Source: Terriglobia bacterium (lineage in GTDB: Bacteria > Acidobacteriota > Terriglobia > 20CM-2-55-15). Taken from it: a stretch of DNA of 64,000 nucleotides. A program made the position numbers and the translations under genes. Below are positions 20,904-30,159 of the stretch, in pieces; the stretch's first letter is position 1, and every line of letters begins with the position of its first letter. The notes under the pieces were generated by a model. The model made no database searches and had not been told where the DNA came from. It saw nothing but the letters and a program-made list of their open reading frames with translations. Location: the NCBI GenBank assembly GCA_965198225.1, contig CBDAOY010000005.1:32001-96000 (forward strand). The letters are read 5' to 3'.

Positions 20904-21761
20904 TCAGTTCAGCCGTTCGAGGCGGTCTCGAACCTCATCCGCCCACTCGGATTCCGCGTCGATGGCCAGGTAGCCGTAGGAGAGTCTCTCGACCAGGTCC
21001 GGGTTGCCCCGCAGGTCGGCGAGCACGATCCGGTTGAACATCGCAGGAAGGAAAGACTCGTCGAGCTCTAGAACCAGGACGAACTCTTCTTCGGCTCTTC
21101 CGAGGTTCGCGGCTCTCTCCTCGGGAGTCCCGGCGCCGGATTCCAGGTAAGCCACGCCCAGATCGTTGCGGACGGCGGTGTCCGCGGGTGTTTCCGATGC
21201 GGCGCGTTCCAGATGGTCGATTGCGAGACCAAACCTCTTCTGGGTGAGGTAGAAGAGACCCGTAAAATAGTCGCCGGCCCGAAGTCGCTCGAAGTCAGGC
21301 TGTGCCGGCTCGACCTCTGTCTCGGGAATCGATCGCGTCAGGATGAAACGCAGGAATTGCTGGTCCGACAGCCTCGACTCGAAGGGCCGGTTCTCTCCCA
21401 GATAATCCCTGACGATGGATTCGGGATCGATGTCGATCCCGCCGCCATCGAAGAAGATGCCGACAGTGAGAGCCACCAGGACCGCGGCGGCCGCAGCAAG
21501 CCACGGGCCGGTGCCTGAAGCCTTCTTCCTTGCTCGGGTGGGCAAAAACCGACGGGTCCAATGGCTAAGCGCTTCCTCGACTGCCGAATCCTCCTCCTTG
21601 AGCACGTCATCGTCGAGGATTCGCATGTAGAACGCCAGCTGGCTTCGGCAATCGTCGCAGCCGACGAGGTGCTGCTCGGTCGCCACGCGGATGGCGGGGT
21701 CGAGCTGGCCTTCGAGGTACCCGGTCAACGAGTCTTCCTTTAGGCATTGTTGGTTGTTCAC
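20904..21761 (-). CDS. Zinc-finger (zf-HC2) anti-sigma factor with TM helix and extracytoplasmic TPR
   Basis: N-terminal HLVGCDDC (HxxxCxxC), TM segment WLAAAAAVLVALTVG, TPR segment AVRNDLGVAYLE. Confidence 0.88.
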   Translation of the reverse strand: MNNQQCLKEDSLTGYLEGQLDPAIRVATEQHLVGCDDCRSQLAFYMRILDDDVLKEEDSAVEEALSHWTRRFLPTRARKKASGTGPWLAAAAAVLVALTVGIFFDGGGIDIDPESIVRDYLGENRPFESRLSDQQFLRFILTRSIPETEVEPAQPDFERLRAGDYFTGLFYLTQKRFGLAIDHLERAASETPADTAVRNDLGVAYLESGAGTPEERAANLGRAEEEFVLVLELDESFLPAMFNRIVLADLRGNPDLVERLSYGYLAIDAESEWADEVRDRLERLN

Positions 21762-21798
21762 GCGTTTTGTTCCCCTTGGGTTGTGGATTTACATTCCC

Positions 21799-21917
21799 CT
21801 AGGAGTCTGCGCGGCAGAAGAACGATTTTGGGTCATTGTGACCACAGCATAGTGCGTGTGCGCAGCACTTAGCATCGACATGTAGTACCGGGTTTCTTCT
21901 GCCGCGCAGACTCCTAG
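21799..21917. mobile_element. 119-bp MITE-like element with perfect 24-bp inverted repeats
   Basis: CTAGGAGTCTGCGCGGCAGAAGAA at 21799-21822 and its exact reverse complement at 21894-21917, with CTAG at both ends. Confidence 0.7.
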
Positions 21918-22069
21918 CCTAAAAAGACGAAAAAAGCGGTGTGTGACCACGCTAAAAAAATTTCGGCAAGTGAGCCAGTGTTGGTTACGTCTCTTAAAAC
22001 AGGGACGTCACATCGTCCCTTACCCCACTCGAACGATCCCCCATACCAACCAAACAAAAGGAGTTAACA

Positions 22070-22860
22070 GTGAATCGACGTGATTTCATGACAGTCTTCG
22101 GCGGCGTCAGTGCCGCCACAGTGCTGGGAAACCGCCAGCTCTTTGCATTCGATGGCGAAACCACTCCGTTCTATGTTCGTGGTCTCGTCATGCTGACCTT
22201 CGATGACCCGAACTATCTTCGGCTTGCGATTCCCGAGGCTCACGGACACAAAGCCACCTTGAGCATCGTGCCCGACGAGGGCGACCAGCGAACCTTGGCC
22301 ATAAAAGGGCATGGGGCGTTGGAAGGCATCGCGCCGAACGGCCGGAAACCAGATCTCAAACTTCCGGAGCTGCTTGACGTCCGTGAGATCTACCGCGACG
22401 CCACTCCAAAGATCGATGATAGCCCGTCTATCATATCGATTCCGTGGTCGGCGATCCGGTCCGTCAGCACGAACACGGTCAGCGACGATCGGTGGACATT
22501 CGTGCGAACGGATACGGGCGAAGTAGTACACACGGTTCGGCCACGCAAGATTGCGGAGTCGCTCAAGATTGAACTAGTATCTTCGGGTACGCTGAAACTC
22601 AACAACGGGAAAGCTTCTGTCGCTCTCAGCGGGGCCCGGGAACTGTGGACGGATTTCATACCGGTCAGGGACGACATCGGTGATTTCGTCGACCACTTCG
22701 AGCACTACCTGCCCTACGTCGAGACGTCAGAGGCTTTTCATGTAATTCCGAAGAGATTAGGACGGCCACGACGGAAGCCGACGGTTCCACCGACATGGGC
22801 AACTCCTACGCCACGGTGTTTCCGGACCTGATGTGCTTCCTGCTTTTGCTGGCGAGATAA
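22070..22860 (+). CDS. Tat-exported hypothetical protein, probably frameshifted near 22760
   Basis: AGGAG RBS, twin-arginine signal NRRDFM. The ORF track ends at 22831, but a GC3-rich alternative frame runs to TAA 22860, just before the next gene. Confidence 0.7.
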
Positions 22861-22863
22861 TCG

Positions 22864-25800
22864 ATGTTCTTCCCCTCGATCCGTGTCGCGGCAGGTTTCG
22901 TCCTGACCGTCAGCGTCGGCTTCAGCATTTACGCGCTGACGTCTGACAGATCGGACGAGGCAGCTGTCGAGAAGTTACTCCTCGACAAGTTCGCCGACGC
23001 ACGGACAACGGGAGGACGCCTTTTCGGAGTTCCTTACTCAGAGTTTGCACCCGCTCGGCCGCTCTCTGAAGAGCTCAATCGGGCGCAATTTCTGCTGGGA
23101 ACCCTGGAGCAGGATTCGGACGAAATAATCCTGCTCCAGGCCTACTCCGATATTGCGATGCAAGCGTGGCGGTCCGCGGCAGCGCGACTTGAGCGCCACG
23201 CGGCTCGCAATCCCGGCGACCCCAGAGTCCTTAACGATCTTGGCGTCGTATATCTTGAACTCGCCGAAAACGATCCGTCGGCATTGCCCAGAGCCCTGAA
23301 TCGCTTTCTGTCCGCGGCGGCTCTGGCTCCGATGGGGGTCGAGCCTGTCTTCAATCTTGCCCTGACGTATCGAAGACTACACCTCCCAATGGAGCAGGCG
23401 GCGGCCCTGGAGTTGTACGGAGGTCTCAGCGCGGATGATGGTTCCGTCCAAGAACTCATCGATGAATCCGAAAGCAGCGACCAACTGGACGTCCCGGGGC
23501 TGAAGACGGCGCTCGCCGAGGACCGCATAGATCGTGCCTGGGCCATCACCAGGAATAGCCCGGACAGCTTCTGGCAGGTCCTGTTGGAAGTCGCAGTCAA
23601 CAGGGTGGAATCCTTTGACGAGTACGCATCGATAGTTCAGATCGTTGAGTTATTCGAGCAGCACTTCCACGACGAAACGCCCCGGGCGATTGTGTCGCCA
23701 CTTGTGTCAGAGCGACGCGATCGTGTTAGTGCATCCAGAAAGGCGGTCTTCGAGGCACTCGGAGAGTATCGGCAGGGGAACCTCGACGACAGCCTTGGAA
23801 AACTGACCCTCGCTTCACGGTTGGCGGAAGAGTCCGGTTCGGACTTCGATCGGAGTTGGGCGCGAGTGGCACGCGCCAACGTCCTCATTTCCACTCAGGG
23901 ACTCTCGGAAGCTCGGGAACTGCTGGATTCGGTTGTTGAAACAACACGCCACAATGGCCAGAAGTGGTTGCTCGCAAGAACCCTGACCGTATTCGGCCTG
24001 CAGCATCAGCTCCTGAGAAACCGTCCGGAAATGATCGAGCGCCTCGAAGAGGCCATTGACCTGTACGAGAGCGTCGGAGCCAATGTCGAGTCCGCTGGAA
24101 CTCGGTTCTATCTGGCGACCCACTTGCATCGCGAAGGGAGCGCGACTGAAAGCATGAGGATTGCCGGCCGCGCCCTTGACGTGACCCCTGACACGAACCA
24201 CGCCGTCCTCTCTTCACTATGCTGGGTCATGGGCATGAACCTGGAGCTTCGCCAAGACCGTTCGTTAGCCGTGCTTTTTGCACGGGAAGCGGCAAGGCAG
24301 GCGGAATTGGCGGGTGACCCGCTACGCAGCAGCCAGCTGTTGATCGAACTGGCTGAACTCTACGAACTCGCGGGTGACCGTGAGGAAGCCGATCGCCATG
24401 TCCGGCTGGCCGAAGAAGCAGCCAGTGCCACCGACTCCACTGTTTATGTCAAGAACATACAGGACTTGATTCTAAATCTGGGAAAGGCGCGCATTTTGAC
24501 CCGACGCCAGAGGCTGGCCGAGTCCGAAGCGATGCTCAAGGGGAGCCTGCCACTGCTGGACAGGGCAGACATCGACATCGTGTACAGGCATCAATACAGG
24601 CTGGAGCTTGCCAAAGTCTATCAGGAACAGGGTGATGCGGTCCGAACTCGCGAGGAGTTTCAGCTCGCGGTTGAGGCGGTGGAGTACGAGGACGACATGC
24701 TAGCTCCACCTGCCCGCCTTGCATTTGACCAGCAGCGGCGGGATGTCTTCGAATTTGCGATTGCGTTCGAATTCGATCAAGGTGAACTCGACCGCGCCTG
24801 GCAATACGCACAGCGCTACAGGGAGAAGCTCATTACCGAAATGCTCGACCAGTACTCGCCAAGGGAGGACGGGTTTGCGGATCGCGTGTCGCTTGCGGTC
24901 CGAGACAACGCTCCGCCCGAAGACCTGTCGCTTGTCGAGTACACCATGCTCGAGGATCGCCTGCTGATATGGGTGGGATCGTCAGCCGGTCGAACCGGCC
25001 GTGAGCACCCGGTTTCGCGGGACGTGCTTACGATGAAGGTCGGGCGGTTCCTCGAACTCCAGCGCGATCAGTCGGCAAGCCGGGAGATCACCGAGCTGGC
25101 AAAAGAACTGCATCGGGCCTTGATTGCGCCAATCGCAGATCTTCTGGATGGAACCGACGTTGTCTCGATTGTTCCGGATCGGGTTTTGAACCGCCTGCCG
25201 TTCGACGCTCTTATGTCAACAGACGGCCGTTACTTTGCGGAAGACCACACACTACTCGAAACCCCGAGCACTGCCTATTTTATGAGCCCGCTGCCAGCCC
25301 CAGCCGCTCCGGGTACGCTGGTCGCCATGGGCTCGCGGGCACAAGACTCTTCCATCCGGGCCGAACTTGAAGAGGTAAGCAGGATTCACCGAGGAATGGA
25401 GGTGTTGGATCAATTCGAAGTCGACGGAGACGTGTTCCTCGAGGCGGTCGACGGAGCCAGCCTGTTTCACTACTCCGGACACTCGGCCATCGACGGGGCA
25501 AATGCTCTGATGTCTTCGATCCAGCTTGACGGCGCCGGGTCCGGGCCGAATGCCGTCACCGCGATGGAAATCGCGAATCGACGGTTGGCGGCCAATGCCG
25601 TCGTCGTCCTAGCGTCGTGTGATTCGTCGGTCGGAAACTCTACCGGCGGTGTGGGAGTGCGCGGGCTCACTTAGGCTTTCCTCATAGCGGGTGCCGGCGC
25701 GGTCGTGGGTTCCCTATGGCCGGTCGAGAGCGACTCGACCCGAGAGATCGTCGTCCGCTTTCACCGCGCTCTGGAGAGTGGAAGCTCGCCGGCTCGAGCC

Positions 25801-25956
25801 CTCCGTGAAGCCCGGACTTCCTTCCTCCAGGACTTTCCCGAAAGGTCGCATCCTTATTACTGGGCCGGTTTCACCTTGACCGGCAACAGGAGCGCACTGG
25901 AACCACTCGTCTTCGCCTCCGAAACCGCTACGGAATCAGAAGCACTTTCCCGGTAG
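22864..25956 (+). pseudogene. Membrane-anchored/secreted TPR-CHAT protease interrupted by an in-frame TAG at 25672-25674
   Basis: FHYSGHS (His) and VVLASCDS (Cys) are intact. GLT*AFLIAGAGAVVGSLWPV...HPYYWAGF continues in the same frame to 25956. Confidence 0.85.
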
Positions 25957-26896
25957 TCTTCCGTCCCTCCAACTGTCGGTGCGCCTCGGCCGCCTCTCGG
26001 AGAGGAAACGTGTGTTCGATGCGGAGTTTGAGCTCGCCGGCTTCATGCCACGCAAACAGGTCCTTCGCCCGGGACATCAACTCCTCGCGGGTCGCCGCAT
26101 AGTTGGCCAGCGTGGGACGGGTCAGGAAGAGAGATCCTTTCGCAGACAGCCGGACCGGCTCGAAAGGCGGGATGGGGCCGCTGGCCTGACCGAACGAAAC
26201 CATGTAGCCCCTTGGGCGCAGACAGTTCAGGCTTTTGTCGAACGTTGCCTGACCGACCGAATCGTACACGACGTCCACACCGCGGCCGTAGGTCCACCGC
26301 TGGACTTCAGTCTCGAAATCCTGCTGGGTATAGAGAATGACGTCATCGGCTCCGGCACCTCGGACGAGCTCAGCTTTTTCTTCGGTCGAACAAGTCCCGT
26401 AGACGGTCGCGCCTATCCTCTTTGCGATCTGGATCAACAACAGACCGACTCCGCCGGCCGCGGCATGGACGAGAGCCGTGTCCCCTTTCTTCAAGGCAAA
26501 GGTGCTGTGACACAGGTAGTGGGCCGTCAACCCCTGAAGCATGATCGCTGCACCGGAGCGGGCGTCCATGCCGTCGGTCAGTTGGATCAGCTTCCAGGAC
26601 CCGACGATAGGCGCTTCGGAGTACGATCCCGGAGTCATGGCATACGCCACACGGTCTCCTACCTGAACCTCGGTCACATCCGGGCCGACGGCCTCGACCG
26701 TTCCCGCCGCCTCCATGCCCGGTGTAAAAGGCGTATCGAAATGGTACAGACCGGTCCGGTGGTACACGTCGATGAAGTTCACACCGATCGCTTCGGTTCG
26801 GACGACAGCCTCTCCCGACCCCGGCTCGGGGTTCGGGGTCTCCTCGAAACTGAGGACTTCGGGCCCTCCGTGCGTGTGTATGCGAATGGCTTTCAT
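25928..26896 (-). CDS. qor: NADPH:quinone oxidoreductase (zeta-crystallin family)
   Basis: [41 protein letters not shown]. Confidence 0.93.
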   Translation of the reverse strand: MKAIRIHTHGGPEVLSFEETPNPEPGSGEAVVRTEAIGVNFIDVYHRTGLYHFDTPFTPGMEAAGTVEAVGPDVTEVQVGDRVAYAMTPGSYSEAPIVGSWKLIQLTDGMDARSGAAIMLQGLTAHYLCHSTFALKKGDTALVHAAAGGVGLLLIQIAKRIGATVYGTCSTEEKAELVRGAGADDVILYTQQDFETEVQRWTYGRGVDVVYDSVGQATFDKSLNCLRPRGYMVSFGQASGPIPPFEPVRLSAKGSLFLTRPTLANYAATREELMSRAKDLFAWHEAGELKLRIEHTFPLREAAEAHRQLEGRKTTGKVLLIP

Positions 26897-27014
26897 GATC
26901 CGCCCAACTTAAGTTAAGCCGACACGGCCGGTCAACGACTTTGTCGGCACGGCGCTTCTCGGGGCGGAATTCCGAAATTGAAAATCCATTCTCGCTTTAG
27001 TACATTCCTTCAAC

Positions 27015-27440
27015 CTGCAGACCGATGGAATCTGGGCCAACATTTTCCGGCTCGGTCACACCAAGGAAGACGTCAGCGAGATTCTTCGGCATGTTCCGAT
27101 CTTCCGGGACTTGAACGACCGTGAGCTTCAGATTCTGACTGGTATCGTGCACACCCGTTCCTACCAGGCCGGTGAGATCATTTTCATGGAGAGCGAGCCG
27201 GGGGCCGGCATGTACGTCATCGAGTCCGGCGGCGTCGATATCATCCTGAACCATGCGTCGGACAGGCCACTCTACCTGGCGCAGCTCGATGCCGGAGATT
27301 TCTTCGGGGAGATGGCGTTGCTGGGGGATCCGGAACTCGGTGGCGAAGTGCTGGGGCTTCTGATCGCCGTGCCAGTCGCGGCCAGCATGAAGATCGTCGG
27401 CACGGAGTTGTACCGCAATTACAGCCTGCAGGTAAGATGA
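27015..27440 (+). pseudogene. Truncated cNMP-binding domain fused to an AI-2E-transporter-like C-terminal fragment
   Basis: VPIFRDL...GEIIFMESEPGAGMYVIESG...GDFFGEMALL, then an abrupt switch to GGEVLGLLIAVPVAASMKIV. The RSA motif of the phosphate-binding cassette is missing. Confidence 0.55.
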
Positions 27441-27506
27441 GCCCGCTACTGATTGTCTGTCGCTTCGGGAACTTCGGTCTCCGTCCCCGAATTCCGGACA
27501 CTTGGT

Positions 27507-27650
27507 GGTCTTATTGCAAATCGCGATATCTGAACAATCCACATTGCAGGTAGCTCATTGGAGATTGCTTCATTTCAGATTTCCGACCAATAAGAAATCG
27601 AGCAGTCTCCAACTTCCAATGCGGATTCGTCCGATGACCAATCTGCAATG
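27507..27650 (+). repeat. About 145-bp dispersed intergenic repeat, copy 1
   Basis: Highly similar to 47615-47765 in inverted orientation, with short terminal inverted motifs ATTGCA(A/G)AT / ATCTGCAAT. Confidence 0.8.
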
Positions 27651-27707
27651 CAATGGTTATGGGATGGGGGAGTTCTCGGCGCTCAGTCAGATCGGGTCAG
27701 GGTCGCG

Positions 27708-28623
27708 TCAAGTCGCGGGGACTCCCGAAGGCGCCTCCCACAGCGCGGTGCTCATGTAACGTTCGCCGATGTCGTTGAGGATCGTCACGATGGTTCCCTC
27801 TCCGATCCGTTTGGCGGTTTCATACACACCGTGCAGGTAGGCTCCCGACGACTGGCCGGCGAAGAGGCCGTGTCGGGCCAGCAGCGCGCACATGCGGGCA
27901 GAGTCGTCGCTCGAAACGCAAACCCGGTGGTCGACGACGCTCGTGTCCAGAATCTTCGGAATGATGTCGCCGGGAGACTCGAGCGGCTTCAGACCTTCGA
28001 TACCGGGAAAATCCTCGGGAATGATCTGGACGATTTCGACGCCCGGAACCTCCTTCTTCAGTCGGCGGCCGACTCCGGTCAGTGTGCCTCCTGTCCCGAC
28101 GCCGGCCACGAAATGGGTGACGCGGCCCTCCATCTGGACCAGAATCTCGGCGGCGGTCGTCTCGTAGTGAGCCAGCCAGTTGTTGTCGTTTGAATACTGA
28201 TCGCAGTGGAAGAAGCGATGGCCCTCGGCATCGACGATCCGATGGCTCTCGCGCAGCGCCTCGTCGTAGCCTTCGATCGGATCCGTCTCGATCAGCGTGG
28301 CGCCGTGGGACTGTATACGAAGCTTTCGTTCCTTGCTCGCGTTCCCGGGCACCACGATGTGAACCGGGACCTTCATCATCGCGCCGATCATCGCATAGGC
28401 GATGCCGGCATTGCCGGAGCTCGAGTCGAGCACGGCCCGGCCATCCTCCAGCTCGCCGGCCAGCAGCGCCTCGAGGAGCATCCGTCGAACGGGTCGGTCC
28501 TTGAGGCTTCCGCCAGGATTGGCGTACTCGGCTTTGGCGAATACGCGAACTCCCGGAAACTCCTCTTTGAAGCAGAGTATCTCCACCATCCGGGTGTTCC
28601 CGACCAGGCTCAACGCCGGAAAC
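27708..28623 (-). CDS. Cysteine synthase (CysK/CysM family, PLP), 3' exon
   Basis: VGNT, KAEYANPGGSLKDR (PLP lysine), SSGNAG, GVGTGGT, GQSSGA. Begins immediately after the intron 3' end. Confidence 0.92.
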
Positions 28624-28710
28624 ACCGGGTGGCCGGAGGCAGTTGCCCGCCTCCGGCTCCCACAGAACGCAGCGTGCGGATTTCCCGCACTGCGCTCTTC
28701 AGAATTGGAT

Positions 28711-30057
28711 TTACAGCACAGCGAGAGACTGGAACTCCCGATAGCGGAGAGCCAACTTGGGACGCTGTAACGGAAAGTGCAGCTGAATCCGGTTGAATAC
28801 TTCCCACCGGACGAAGCCTGCACGACTACGACTGCTGAGCATTTGGCGCCAGTAACGTTCCACGGCCCGAGCGACGTGCTGCAGAGCCCGGAGGTTCCCG
28901 GCAATGCCATAGTAGGCGTAGTGCCCGCGCAAGACTCGGTTCAGATTGTGCACTTGCTCCCGGACCGGCAAGTGACGCATTCGCCTCATCACGCCGCGTA
29001 GATGAGCCAGACTGCGTCGAAGTCGAGACTTCTCTGTTCGCAGTCCCACTCTAAAATTGCCTTTGCGATTACGCGTACAGTACAGGGTCATGCCCAGAAA
29101 ATAGATCGTCTCTGGACGTTTTCTCCCGCGCCGGACGACATCGCGCTGGGCATAGCGGCCGAATTCGACGAGCTTCGTCTTGGTCGGCTCCGGAACCAGT
29201 CCAAACTTTCCCAGTCGCTTGCGCAGAACGTTCTGGAAACGAAGCGCATCGTCCCGATATTGGAAACACACGACAAAGTCGTCGATGTACCGCACCAGAT
29301 ACGCTTCACCCTTCAGGCGTGGCCGGACCATCCGGTCAAACCACAGGTCAAGCACATAATGCAGGTACAGATTGCTCAGCAGAACGCTGATCGACCCACC
29401 TTGCGGGGTTCCCTCTTCGTTCGAATGCAATTCCCCGTCTTCGAAAACGCCCGCCTTTAACCATCGTCGTATCAGACTGATGATCCGCGGATCTCCGACT
29501 CGATGCTCCACAAAGCGGAGTAGCCATCCATGGTCTAAACTCCCGAAAAAGTTCTTCAAGTCCGCCTCCAACACCCAACTCACCTTGCATCCGGAAATCA
29601 CCTCATGGAGGGTTGCCAGTGCATTGTGGGCGCCCAGCCCAGGCCGGCCACCAAAGGAACAGGGCAAGAAGTCCTGCTCGTAGATGGCGACCAATACCTC
29701 GGCCACGCTGCGCTGAAGGGCCCGATCTTGAACACAGGGCACGCCCAGGGGACGTTTCTCCTGCTTGCCGGGCTTGGGGATATACACCCGCCGAATCGGC
29801 GGAGCGCGATATCCCTTCTGGTGAACAGACTGGAGCATTGGCTCCACCCAGACTCCGAATTCCTCCTTCGCCTCCGGTACCCTCTGACCATCACATCCGG
29901 GAGCCGTGTTGCGGGGCACTTGACACAGGTTCTTCCACACACGCTCTCGGGTGACATGATGCGCCAGTGACGTGAACCGGAGCTTTGGCTCACTCCGAGC
30001 TTTCGCCGCTATTCGTTCCAGTTTCGTTTCCATGACTGGTTGTTCCTCTCGTTGCAT
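28711..30057 (-). CDS. ltrA: Group II intron reverse transcriptase/maturase (no En domain)
   Basis: RRVYIPKPG, RPLGVPCVQDR, GTPQGGSIS, YIDD, and maturase X domain LRGHYAYY. Confidence 0.95.
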   Translation of the reverse strand: MQREEQPVMETKLERIAAKARSEPKLRFTSLAHHVTRERVWKNLCQVPRNTAPGCDGQRVPEAKEEFGVWVEPMLQSVHQKGYRAPPIRRVYIPKPGKQEKRPLGVPCVQDRALQRSVAEVLVAIYEQDFLPCSFGGRPGLGAHNALATLHEVISGCKVSWVLEADLKNFFGSLDHGWLLRFVEHRVGDPRIISLIRRWLKAGVFEDGELHSNEEGTPQGGSISVLLSNLYLHYVLDLWFDRMVRPRLKGEAYLVRYIDDFVVCFQYRDDALRFQNVLRKRLGKFGLVPEPTKTKLVEFGRYAQRDVVRRGRKRPETIYFLGMTLYCTRNRKGNFRVGLRTEKSRLRRSLAHLRGVMRRMRHLPVREQVHNLNRVLRGHYAYYGIAGNLRALQHVARAVERYWRQMLSSRSRAGFVRWEVFNRIQLHFPLQRPKLALRYREFQSLAVL

Positions 30058-30159
30058 AGAGGACCGTATCCTCCCGTTGCATGGAGCTCATGTTTCCCAA
30101 GAACGAGTCCACTTCTGCTGGCCGCTTCCCCATGTGATCGGCTCTCCCGACCTCGGAGT

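Noticed and set aside
25672-25674. Genome-wide TAG recoding or pyrrolysine
   Set aside because: TAG terminates ordinary genes here (e.g. the TPR gene at 1004, gpmA, doc) and no pyl genes are in the window.
2504-25956. Type III-E CRISPR (Craspase) system implied by CHAT + sigma factor
   Set aside because: No cas7-11, other cas genes or CRISPR array are visible in the window.
28624-28910. N-terminal extension of the 400-aa cysteine synthase ORF
   Set aside because: It is translated from intron DV/DVI and the end of the RT gene. The real N-terminus is the exon at 32414-32469.
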